Positions 1 to 8,593 of a stretch of 64,000 nt of DNA are shown here, piece after piece (the stretch's first letter is position 1; each line of letters opens with the position of its first letter). Origin of the DNA: a virus; the IMG/VR virus record IMGVR_UViG_2721755455_000009; one strand, written 5' to 3'. The notes under the pieces are model-generated. The model searched no databases. It saw only the letters and a list, made by a program, of their open reading frames with translations, and was not told the DNA's origin. Position numbers and translations under genes: made by a program.

Positions 1-199
1 GCCGCACTGTCGCGCCCACCTCCTCCCCGCACCCGATGCCCACATGCTCAATGAGTTGATACCGCCCCTTGACCATTGCGATCTGCAGCTCATCAAGGGC
101 GGTGGCATACGACTCAATGGCCAAGACTACAACCATAGCTGGCAGCACATCCGCCAAGCCTGGTGGATCGTGCCCGATGGGCAACCCACAGGAGATATC

Positions 200-395
200 G
201 ATGCCTGAGTTGATGACCCTGCTCCGCATGCCCGAATGGTTCGGCGTGCCTGAGATTGAGCCGCTGCCAGCGCCTCCTGACGCATACAAAATCGTGGAGG
301 CCCAGCCTGGATGGTTCGAGGTGCGCGGACCCGGCGACGACCTGGTGTACAGCGGACTCGGCCCGGTGCAGGTGCTGCCCGCCCGCCATGGCTGA
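200..395 (+). CDS. Small hypothetical protein
   Basis: AGGAG SD before ATG at 200 (MPELMTLL...); overlaps the next ORF. Confidence 0.55.
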
Positions 396-597
396 CAGCC
401 TAATCTGGGGTGGCCACCCTACTGAGCCGGGCTGGTATGCCGTGGTCGTGGACTATGGCCGCCTGCCCTTCCCTGCGGCCCGACTCTGGGACGGTGCACT
501 CTGGGACAATGAGCGCGGCATCATGGCCTTTGACGGCCCGCACGACACGACCGAGGCCGCGCTGGACTGGGCTGTGGAGCGCTGTCCAGAGGACTGA
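388..597 (+). CDS. Small hypothetical protein (Trp/Gly-rich)
   Basis: MADSLIWGGHPTEPGWY...; start overlaps the upstream stop; host-like codon usage. Confidence 0.55.
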   Translation: MADSLIWGGHPTEPGWYAVVVDYGRLPFPAARLWDGALWDNERGIMAFDGPHDTTEAALDWAVERCPED

Positions 598-620
598 AGG
601 CGCGACTGCAGCCACGCACT

Positions 621-1133
621 CTACAAAGGCCAGTTTTTTCTCAGCCTTGCTAGCTCCCGCCCTAATGAGCGCAGCTCTTCATTGAACGCGTCAAGTTCCT
701 CAAGAGTGTATTCAACACATTGCTGCGTCCCTGAGGGCAGACCAACGACATTGACAACCTTGCAATCGCGCGCTTCGATGCCCCATCGCCCATGCACCAT
801 CTGATTTCGCTTCGTCCGAGCAAAATCCACACGGCTGATCCAGCGCTCATAAGCCATGCGGCCATCTGAATGAGGGGGGAGCTTTTCTACCACATGCCTC
901 GAAAGTGTTTGCAGCTTCAGGTGCACACTTTGAGCTTCGACAGACTTTGACAAGGCTTCAAGTTTCACCCCAGCATCAACCCACGCAAGGCATAGCCCCA
1001 AACACACGTCAATGTACGAGAACGCGAACAGCATCTGCCCGAGCAGCGACGCAGCTTCCGCCTGCATCGCCTCTTGACGCTCCCATAACTGTCCGGCCGT
1101 CTCCACTGGCCCAAACTTTGAATTGAGTGTCAA
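621..1133 (-). CDS. Hypothetical moron protein with HEPN-like RxxxxH motif
   Basis: 170 aa, lower GC, RNQMVH motif, GGAG SD upstream. Confidence 0.6.
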   Translation of the reverse strand: MTLNSKFGPVETAGQLWERQEAMQAEAASLLGQMLFAFSYIDVCLGLCLAWVDAGVKLEALSKSVEAQSVHLKLQTLSRHVVEKLPPHSDGRMAYERWISRVDFARTKRNQMVHGRWGIEARDCKVVNVVGLPSGTQQCVEYTLEELDAFNEELRSLGRELARLRKNWPL

Positions 1134-1286
1134 TGATTCGTCTCCCTCGCAATCATGGCGTTGTCCGCTCTACCCTATTCCCCTACTGCGCGGCCTCCAT
1201 CATCGCACGACCGACAACGTAGGCACGCTCGCAGGCGCCCCTGCCCCTTGCACCCTCAGCAATGCGCGCCAGCTCTCCCACCCAAT

Positions 1287-2081
1287 TTAGAACAGCCCCA
1301 CGGGCTCCGCAGAGCGATCCCAGCTGCTGTAGACCAGCTCGGTGCGCTGCACGCCACTACCGCCGCCAGCCACGATGTAGGTGATCGGCACGACCTCGAC
1401 GTGCAGGCCGGCGAAGCACTCGCGGATCGCTGGGTGATCGTTGATGCTCAGCACTGCCTTGCCCTGCAGGTTGCGCATGCGGTCGGCCATCGCCTCGTAT
1501 TCCGCCCAGGGGAAAGGCACGCCGTACCCCTCGGTTTCCCAATATGGAGGGTCCAAGTAAAACAGCGTGTGCGGCCGGTCGTAGCGCTTCATGCAGTCTT
1601 GCCAATCAAGGCGCTCGATGTAGGCGCCATGCAGCCGCATGTGGGCAGCGCTCAGGTCTTCCTCGAGGCGCAGCAGGTTGACTGTGGGCGCCGGAGCGGT
1701 GGTGGCCGTGCCCCAGGTCTGGCCCGAAACCTTGCCCCCGAAGGCCTGGTGCTGGAGGTAGTAAAAGCGGGCAGCGCGCTCGATATCGGTCAGGGTTTCC
1801 GGCCGCGTGATCTGCAGCCACTTGAAGACCTCGCGCGATGACAGCGCCCACTTGAACTGGCGCACGAACTCCTCGAGGTGCCGCTGCACGACCCGGTACA
1901 GGTTGACAAGCTCGCCGTTGATGTCGTTAACGACCTCGACCTCGGCCGGCGGGCGCAGGAAGTACAGGGCCGCGCCGCCCGCGAAGACCTCGACGTAGCA
2001 CTTGTGTGCCGGGAACCGGGGCACGATGAAATCGGCCAGACGGCGCTTGCCGCCAAGCCAGGGAACGATGGGGTTTGCCAT
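1287..2081 (-). CDS. D12-class (Dam-like) DNA adenine methyltransferase
   Basis: PWLGGK, EVFAGGAA (motif I) and DPPY (motif IV). Confidence 0.93.
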   Translation of the reverse strand: MANPIVPWLGGKRRLADFIVPRFPAHKCYVEVFAGGAALYFLRPPAEVEVVNDINGELVNLYRVVQRHLEEFVRQFKWALSSREVFKWLQITRPETLTDIERAARFYYLQHQAFGGKVSGQTWGTATTAPAPTVNLLRLEEDLSAAHMRLHGAYIERLDWQDCMKRYDRPHTLFYLDPPYWETEGYGVPFPWAEYEAMADRMRNLQGKAVLSINDHPAIRECFAGLHVEVVPITYIVAGGGSGVQRTELVYSSWDRSAEPVGLF

Positions 2082-2098
2082 GGTGGGCTCCAGAGTTT

Positions 2099-2220
2099 TG
2101 ATATATTGCCCCCGCCTGTACAGGTGGACGGGGCCTCGGCTGGGCTCACAGGCGCGTTCTGTGGGTTCGGCGGCTTGGTCGGTGTTACAGCACCGACCCG
2201 GTCGCCTCGTTCTTTTTTTC
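2099..2220 (+). ncRNA. Putative structured RNA antisense to the MTase leader
   Basis: Extended -10 TGnTATATT (2099-2107), three stem-loops, final hairpin followed by a T-tract. Confidence 0.45.
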
Positions 2221-2737
2221 AGGGGGCCAGCAGGCCCCGGTCGACGTCGATCTGGGTGCGCAACAGCACTACCTCATCGTCTCGACGTGCAAGATCCGCT
2301 CGGAGTCCTGCAACCACTGCTGCCCCGCTTGCAACGTGCTGAGCGAGGGCGCCGTATCGATCTGCAAGATCGCGGCCGGCAGCGGCGTTGGCCTGGGCTT
2401 GCGCCCGGGCAGTGGCTGCGCTGCGTTCGGCGGCGAGGCGCAGCCGCTCAACACGGTCAAGATCAGCGCGCACAACAGCGTCGCGCGCAGGGCGAGCCTG
2501 GGTGAATGCATCGGATGCCTCTTGGGTTTTTGTTGCGTGGGTGGATTCGGACATGGAGAGCTTTCGCTCCAGGGCCAGGCCTGCGACAGCCTGCCCGGCC
2601 ACTTGCTGGGCCTGGGCCGCGATCAGGCGCTGGTGGGCGAGCTGCTCGCCGTGCAGGCGCCAGGTCTGCAGGGCCAGCAGTGCGGCCAGCACCAGTGCGC
2701 CGGCCTGCCAGGCCTTGGACTTGATGGCTTCGAGCAT
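2219..2737 (-). CDS. Rz-like inner-membrane spanin
   Basis: N-terminal TM plus Ala-rich coiled coil; directly downstream of the endolysin. Confidence 0.8.
   Translation of the reverse strand: MLEAIKSKAWQAGALVLAALLALQTWRLHGEQLAHQRLIAAQAQQVAGQAVAGLALERKLSMSESTHATKTQEASDAFTQARPARDAVVRADLDRVERLRLAAERSAATARAQAQANAAAGRDLADRYGALAQHVASGAAVVAGLRADLARRDDEVVLLRTQIDVDRGLLAP
2269..2511 (-). CDS. Rz1-like outer-membrane lipoprotein spanin embedded in Rz
   Basis: Alternate frame inside Rz; signal peptide with lipobox LSGC followed by a Pro-rich segment. Confidence 0.75.
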   Translation of the reverse strand: MHSPRLALRATLLCALILTVLSGCASPPNAAQPLPGRKPRPTPLPAAILQIDTAPSLSTLQAGQQWLQDSERILHVETMR

Positions 2738-2739
2738 GG

Positions 2740-3762
2740 CTACACCCCCAGCCACGGCAAGTACTTCAGTCGCCTAGACAGCAGCGGCACGGTGTTGCGC
2801 ACGTGCTCCCGGTTGATGTCATAGGCGCTTTGGCCATAGCCCTGCCACTTCTCGCGGCTCTTGACGCTGTGCAGCTCGACGTGGCCGAACCACTGGTCGG
2901 CGTCGCAGCCTGCCCGCAACGTGCACAGCTGGCGGTCCTGCTGGAGGTGGCTCCAGCCGCCGTTGTAGGCTGCGTCGCAGAAGGCCACGCGCACCAGTGC
3001 ATCGAGATCTGGCGACAGCGCCTGCAGGCGTGCATCGCAGCCGCGCAGCTTGATGATCGCCGCGCGCACGCTCAGCTCGGGCCGCTCGTAGACCGACTGC
3101 CAATCCAGATCCTCGAGGGCGGATGGGGCCATGCGCCGCACTTCATCCAGGCTGTCAAAGCGCAGGGCGCCGCTCTTGGTCCATGCGCGCGTGAGCTGGG
3201 CCAGGCCGCCACCCTCTTCCCGCGAGGTCTTGAGGCGCGCGGTCGAGGACCAGCACATGGAGTGCGTGAGCGATCGGCAGGACTCCTGCTCGAACAGTGC
3301 GCCCAGGTAGCTGCGGCGGGGGATCTTGGGCCAATGGGCGTTGATCTCGTCGACGATCATCGGCGCCATGGCCTCGGCCCTGGCCAGGCCGGCGGGCTGG
3401 CGCGCCTGCAGTTCGCCTGCCTGGGCAAACTGCGTCATCGATGCCCAGACGATGGCCACGACCATGGCGCCACGCAGCACGCACAGCGCAAGAAAGGCCA
3501 GCCCGGCACCGATGGGATGCTCAAGGGCCTTGATCCATGCATCGCGGCCGTGGGCATAGTCGGCCATGGCCTTGGACGCACTCAGCGCCACGGCCACGGC
3601 CACAGCGGTCCACGACAGCCACAGCAGTCGCACGACAGGCTCGCGCCAGCCGTTGGGACCGAGGGAGTTGATGACGATCACAGCCAGGGGCAAGGCCAGC
3701 ACGGCCCACCACCGCCAACGCTTGAGGGGATTCACAGGGGACTCCATTTCTTCGGGACACAA
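2740..3762 (-). CDS. Lytic transglycosylase endolysin with N-terminal multi-TM (holin-like) region; start may be 3747 or 3735
   Basis: EQES catalytic Glu, GLAQ and AAYNGG SLT motifs; three hydrophobic segments in the first ~110 aa. Confidence 0.8.
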   Translation of the reverse strand: MCPEEMESPVNPLKRWRWWAVLALPLAVIVINSLGPNGWREPVVRLLWLSWTAVAVAVALSASKAMADYAHGRDAWIKALEHPIGAGLAFLALCVLRGAMVVAIVWASMTQFAQAGELQARQPAGLARAEAMAPMIVDEINAHWPKIPRRSYLGALFEQESCRSLTHSMCWSSTARLKTSREEGGGLAQLTRAWTKSGALRFDSLDEVRRMAPSALEDLDWQSVYERPELSVRAAIIKLRGCDARLQALSPDLDALVRVAFCDAAYNGGWSHLQQDRQLCTLRAGCDADQWFGHVELHSVKSREKWQGYGQSAYDINREHVRNTVPLLSRRLKYLPWLGV

Positions 3763-3797
3763 AAAAGCCCGCCGGTGTTGCCACGCGGCGGGCGCTG
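3761..3797 (-). terminator. Rho-independent terminator between tail and lysis genes
   Basis: GCCCGCCG...CGGCGGGC stem with a U-tract on the minus strand. Confidence 0.6.
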
Positions 3798-3813
3798 AAA
3801 AGCGGATACGGAT

Positions 3814-4044
3814 CTAGACGTCGATCCGGGTGTAGACGAGGTCCGGGGCCGGCCCCGTCACGGCGCCGCCGCGCACGAACACCGCCGTGCCTGCCTCGAT
3901 CTCGAGGGGGTTGTTGACGATGGACGTGCCACCACCCGGGAATTCCACGCGGGCCGTGGCGCCCAGGCGCACCACCACGGTGGCATAGAGGACCGGGGCC
4001 TCGGGCTGCAGGTTCTGCAGGCGGCGGAAGAGGTTGATGGTCAT
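3814..4044 (-). CDS. Small tail-associated protein
   Basis: MTINLFRRLQ...; ATGA overlap with the upstream tail gene. Confidence 0.7.
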   Translation of the reverse strand: MTINLFRRLQNLQPEAPVLYATVVVRLGATARVEFPGGGTSIVNNPLEIEAGTAVFVRGGAVTGPAPDLVYTRIDV

Positions 4045-5933
4045 GCGATGGACCTTTCCACGTCCAAGGTCTGGCGTACGGTGGGCGCGTCGACCGAGAC
4101 CGTGATGCCGCGCACCAGTCCGCGCCATGTCTCGGCAGGCTCCTGAACTTCGATCAGATAGCCCGGCAGGATGAGGCCGGGGTTCGTGCCACCCGTCAGC
4201 AGCGGCACGGTGATGGGCTGCTGGTGCGTGATGACCGATGCGGCCAGCACCGACTGACCGCGCAACCGAGCCGCGACGGTGTCGGTGATCAGGGCATCGG
4301 TGACCTGGGGCGCCAGGCGGTCGCCGGCAGTGCCAGTACGCACGACGTGGCCCAGAGGCAGGCCCTGACCAGTGCCGGCCACATACACGGCGTTGTAGCG
4401 CGCAACGCGGGTTGCCTGCAGGCTGTCGCTGGTGATGATCTGGGCAGGCATGCGGACGTCCGCCACGGCATCGCTCCAGGCCCACGGCATGTGCGGGAAG
4501 CGGGGCGCGATCTGCAGCTGCGGCTCAAAGCGATGGCTGCGCACCACGCCGCCGGCGGCCTCGGCGATGCGCTGCGCGACTGATAAGGGCGTGCCGCCGT
4601 GGCTCCAGATATTGGCCGGCACCAGCCAGTCGTCGAGCTGCCAGTCGAGAGTTACGCCAGTCAGGTCCAGCGCCTCAAGGACCAGCTGTTGCGCGGTGCG
4701 CGGCATGGTGTTGGCCCAATCGGTAGACGCGAAGTAAGGCGCAGCCAGCAGCGAAGTGACGCTGCGCCCCGTGACCTGCACCGCATGTTCCGGGAACTTG
4801 CGCGTGCGTGCCGGGGGGTCCACCGCAAACACCCACTGGATGCCGTCGACCGTGACGCGGATCTGCTGGGGCACACCCTGCCGAGGCGCGAGCTGATCCA
4901 GCAGCGACAGCTTGCCCGAGGCGGACATGGTCCAGCCGTAGTCGTCGTCGTTGGTCGTGATACTGAGGCTCTGCAGCGGCACACGCTCAAGGCTCGGCAG
5001 CAGGACTGCATCGATGGTATGGACTGTCATGTAAACCCTCAACAATGGAATGACGTAGCGCGGCGGTTCGGGGTGCGGGCCGACCTTGCAGCACACAAAG
5101 ACCAGCTGCGTGCTGCTGGTCCAGGGCTCCACAAACACCAGGTCCACCGACCCACCGACGACAGGCACATAGCACGGCGGCTCTATCGGCGGCTTCGGGC
5201 CGGGCGGCGTGACACCTGGGCGCGGGTGCCATGCCTCCTCGTACCGACCCAGCACCGCGATACGCACCGCCCTGCCGTCCTGCATGTCCGTGCGGACCGC
5301 AGCACCCAGGAGCACGCCCGTGCTGAAGGCCTGGGTGACTGCATGCCGGCGCCGCAGTGCCTCCTCGAACTGCTGCTGCGACACCATGCTGACGCGCTCG
5401 GCCTCCTGCCAGGCCTGGCGGGATGCAGCGCGCGTGCGCGTGGCCTCTTCGTAGGCCTGACGAAGCGTGCGGGCCACACGCTGGCCGTCCTGCCAGGCCG
5501 CCTGCGTGGCGTGCACCACGCGCTGGGCCTGCTGCCACGTCTGCCACAGCAGGGTCGAGATGGGCACGCCGGCCTCGCCACGCTCCTGCACGGCGGCCAG
5601 CACGGGTGCGGCATGCTCATAGGTACTGCGCAGGACAGCCCGCGCCGCTGTCGCCTCCTGCCAGGCGCCGGGCACCTGCCCCACGGTGGGCCGGGCCACG
5701 TTGATGTCTATGCCGAAGGGCACTGTGCCGCGCAGACCCGTGATTCGGCCCTGCGCTGTAGCGGGCACCAGCGTGCGCACGACGGCCACACCACGCAGCC
5801 GCGAGATGCGTCCCGCCGCACGCAATTCGACGACCTGCTCCGATGGATCTTCGTCTCCAAACACCAGGTCCAGGGGCGACTCGCCGTCGCCGACTGGTGC
5901 CTTGAACAGCAGGAGCAGATCGGTCTCGGCCAT
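4041..5933 (-). CDS. Virion tail/hub structural protein
   Basis: 630 aa in the tail module; periodic W/Q repeats then a hub-like C-terminal half. Confidence 0.7.
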   Translation of the reverse strand: MAETDLLLLFKAPVGDGESPLDLVFGDEDPSEQVVELRAAGRISRLRGVAVVRTLVPATAQGRITGLRGTVPFGIDINVARPTVGQVPGAWQEATAARAVLRSTYEHAAPVLAAVQERGEAGVPISTLLWQTWQQAQRVVHATQAAWQDGQRVARTLRQAYEEATRTRAASRQAWQEAERVSMVSQQQFEEALRRRHAVTQAFSTGVLLGAAVRTDMQDGRAVRIAVLGRYEEAWHPRPGVTPPGPKPPIEPPCYVPVVGGSVDLVFVEPWTSSTQLVFVCCKVGPHPEPPRYVIPLLRVYMTVHTIDAVLLPSLERVPLQSLSITTNDDDYGWTMSASGKLSLLDQLAPRQGVPQQIRVTVDGIQWVFAVDPPARTRKFPEHAVQVTGRSVTSLLAAPYFASTDWANTMPRTAQQLVLEALDLTGVTLDWQLDDWLVPANIWSHGGTPLSVAQRIAEAAGGVVRSHRFEPQLQIAPRFPHMPWAWSDAVADVRMPAQIITSDSLQATRVARYNAVYVAGTGQGLPLGHVVRTGTAGDRLAPQVTDALITDTVAARLRGQSVLAASVITHQQPITVPLLTGGTNPGLILPGYLIEVQEPAETWRGLVRGITVSVDAPTVRQTLDVERSIA

Positions 5934-5935
5934 GG

Positions 5936-6370
5936 CTATGTCAGCTCCGTTTCGCCGAGCTGGACCAGGGAGCCGGCATAGAGCAGCGGGCTTGTGTCGC
6001 CCTCGGGGGTCTGCCCGCCCAGGATGCGCCAGGGGCCGGCATGCTCGGCATCCGAGACCTCGCCGCCGGCGAGCAGCGCGCCATCGGCCGCATGCCAGTC
6101 CGCCCAGCGGGGGATACCCGTGGCCATCACCATCGCGCCCGCCGCGTCGCGCACATGGAGCACCAGCTTGCCATTGACGACAGTTGCGCTACCCGGCTTA
6201 GCCAGGGTGATCTCGGCCTGCAGGGGGCCGCGAGCACCCAGGAAATCCGCCGGTAGCTCGGTGTAGATCCGCACATGGGCGTTGCCTGTGCCCAGGTCCG
6301 AACGTGCGGCCGTGGCCTGCAGTTGGGCCAGCGCGGTGGCGGGCCCGATCTCCCACACACCGGCCGTCAT
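5936..6370 (-). CDS. Virion structural protein
   Basis: Coupled ORF in the tail module. Confidence 0.65.
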   Translation of the reverse strand: MTAGVWEIGPATALAQLQATAARSDLGTGNAHVRIYTELPADFLGARGPLQAEITLAKPGSATVVNGKLVLHVRDAAGAMVMATGIPRWADWHAADGALLAGGEVSDAEHAGPWRILGGQTPEGDTSPLLYAGSLVQLGETELT

Positions 6371-7404
6371 GACAAGACTCCGGGCACCAGGCGCTGGGCG
6401 GCCACGGCGCGGAAGTTGCCGGCGGCGTCTTCGGCCAGGGCCACAAACTGCTGCTGCAGGTCCAGGCCCTCGAAGACAAAGGCACCCGTTTCCGCGTTGC
6501 TCCAGGCCTCGCGCACGACCATCTTGTCGCGTTGACGCAGCAGCACGATGCGGGCGCGGGCAGGCAGGTTGGTAGGGCTGCCCTTGATCTTCGTGGTGCC
6601 CCAGATACGACCCTGACCACCCACCTCGATATCCCGCGCCAGGCGGCCCAACGTCAGCGGCAGCACATGCCCAGCTGACACCGCACTGCTGCGCACGGGG
6701 CGCAGGCCCTTACCGGCGGCCGCGCGCACAGGTCCACGCGGCGGCAAGGCAGACGCCGTGGGCGGCGTGAAGCTGGCGGTGGACAAGGCCACACCTCGCA
6801 CAACTCGGAACTCATCCAAGCGGCCCTCAAAGTAGTCGGTGGTGTTGGGCGCCCAACCCAGAAACAAGGGGTTGCCATTGCCCACAGAGTGGGCGCCATA
6901 GCCTGCCCTGGTCGCGCGAAGCACACCGTTCTGGAAGAGATGGAGGTTGTCGCCGGCCCGGCAGGCACGCACATGGGTCCATGTGTTGCGGGCCAGCGCC
7001 ACGCCCGTGCCCGTCGCCAAGTCCACGGTCGCGTTTCGGAAAAGAAACACCGGGTCGTTGGTCCCCGCGATATGCAGCGACCATGCCGCGTCGCTGCCGT
7101 TGCGCCACTGACCGCCGATGGCCTGCCAGGAGTCGTTGCGGGTGCGATAGATCCAGGCATCGACGGTGAAATCGGCCGTGCCAAACAACCAGTTGCCTTG
7201 GGCCGTGCTCAAGTAGGTATTGCCATCAAACGCCAGCGCGCCTGCGCCAAACTTGGCCTGCGCACTGCTGGTGACGATGGAGGTGTTGCCGCCCCGGGTG
7301 AACGCTTTGGGCTCTGGGCTGCTGTCGAATGCCAGCATCGTGTCGACGGCCGTGTCCCCGCACATCAGCAACTCTGTGCGTTCGTAGATCTCCTGGTCGG
7401 TCAT
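6367..7404 (-). CDS. LamG/concanavalin-A-like domain tail protein (candidate receptor binding)
   Basis: DFTVDAWIY, WTHV, FEGRLDEFRV LamG-like motifs; ATGA-coupled start at 7404. Confidence 0.75.
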   Translation of the reverse strand: MTDQEIYERTELLMCGDTAVDTMLAFDSSPEPKAFTRGGNTSIVTSSAQAKFGAGALAFDGNTYLSTAQGNWLFGTADFTVDAWIYRTRNDSWQAIGGQWRNGSDAAWSLHIAGTNDPVFLFRNATVDLATGTGVALARNTWTHVRACRAGDNLHLFQNGVLRATRAGYGAHSVGNGNPLFLGWAPNTTDYFEGRLDEFRVVRGVALSTASFTPPTASALPPRGPVRAAAGKGLRPVRSSAVSAGHVLPLTLGRLARDIEVGGQGRIWGTTKIKGSPTNLPARARIVLLRQRDKMVVREAWSNAETGAFVFEGLDLQQQFVALAEDAAGNFRAVAAQRLVPGVLS

Positions 7405-8579
7405 GCCGACCTCCACGGGCCGGTGATGTCCACGAAGGCCACACCCACGCCCGTGGTGCCGCCGGGCGGGCCAACGCGCACGCAGACGAGGCTGCGGCCC
7501 GCGAACGCACCCTCGCCCTCCACAACCATGCCGGCCTGGAACTCCGAGCCGATGACCTGAGGGGTGTGAAACACACCGGGGATCTGGCCCCGCAGGCCGG
7601 ACGCCCCCACCAGCAGCTCGACCGCCGACAGGCGCAGCGAGTTGTCAGCCGGATTGGGATAGGGGATGGTGTTGGCTGCGTAGGCCGTCGCGCCCGAGTA
7701 GGCTGCGGCCGTGTTGTAGGCCGAGATTTTTTTGCATTGCACAGCACCGCCAATGCCTGCGTAGCCACGCACGACGAACAGGTCGGCCGCGTTGGTGCTG
7801 CCCAAGGCATAGCCCAGGCACTCGGCCACGGCGCCGGTTGTGGTGGGCACACCGACACTGCTGGAACCGGCGAGCATGCACGCCCATGCATCGCCCGATT
7901 TGTACGATGCCAGGTCCCCAAAGCCGAAGAGGACGCCGTGCTGCTGGTTGCTGCCATGCGGCGAGATACAGATCGCAAAGGCCCGCTCATCTGCGAAGAG
8001 CATCCAGCGGCGCGCTGCAGTGCTGGCCGCATCACTCTTGGGCCAGTAGTAGTTGGCGGCCTGGGCGGCCATGGGAAACGGCCCCGTGCCCGTGGACACA
8101 TCGGTCATGGACTCGTAGCCCAGCACCTTGGCCGTGGTCGTGCCGGTGTCATCCAGGCGCAGCACGCTGCCAGAGGCTTCCGGCGCTGTAGGCTTGAGCA
8201 CCAGCACGTTGGCCTGGGCGCCGGGGAACAGTTCCTGCCAGCCGGCATGCGCCGCACGGCTGGTGATGGTGCCCGTGGCCGCACCATCAGGAACTCCAGC
8301 TGCCGCAAAGGTCACGCTGTTGGTGGTCACCGACAAGATGGTCTTGTCGCCGTTGAGGGCCGACGGTGTGGCGCCGGCAATGCGGCTCACGAAACCCACG
8401 CGGTACGGGTGCGACGCCGCAAAAGTGGCCTTAGCGATGCCAGCCGTGACAACCAGGGAGACAACGGCACTGGCCCCGAAGCCGTCGACCAGGCAGGCCT
8501 TGAGCACGGTGGCCAGCGCGCCGGCAGAGCCGGACAGCACTGGGGCACCGGTCTGGGTGGAGTCAAACGTGTAGATCAT
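7401..8579 (-). CDS. Virion structural / tail fibre-associated protein
   Basis: APVLSGSAGAL..LKACLVDGFG N-terminus typical of tail proteins; tail module context. Confidence 0.7.
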   Translation of the reverse strand: MIYTFDSTQTGAPVLSGSAGALATVLKACLVDGFGASAVVSLVVTAGIAKATFAASHPYRVGFVSRIAGATPSALNGDKTILSVTTNSVTFAAAGVPDGAATGTITSRAAHAGWQELFPGAQANVLVLKPTAPEASGSVLRLDDTGTTTAKVLGYESMTDVSTGTGPFPMAAQAANYYWPKSDAASTAARRWMLFADERAFAICISPHGSNQQHGVLFGFGDLASYKSGDAWACMLAGSSSVGVPTTTGAVAECLGYALGSTNAADLFVVRGYAGIGGAVQCKKISAYNTAAAYSGATAYAANTIPYPNPADNSLRLSAVELLVGASGLRGQIPGVFHTPQVIGSEFQAGMVVEGEGAFAGRSLVCVRVGPPGGTTGVGVAFVDITGPWRSA

Positions 8580-8593
8580 GGGTTACCTCGGGA

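Noticed and set aside
1..620. Second att copy of the tRNA-Cys 3' end
   Set aside because: No match seen; the left prophage boundary probably lies outside the window
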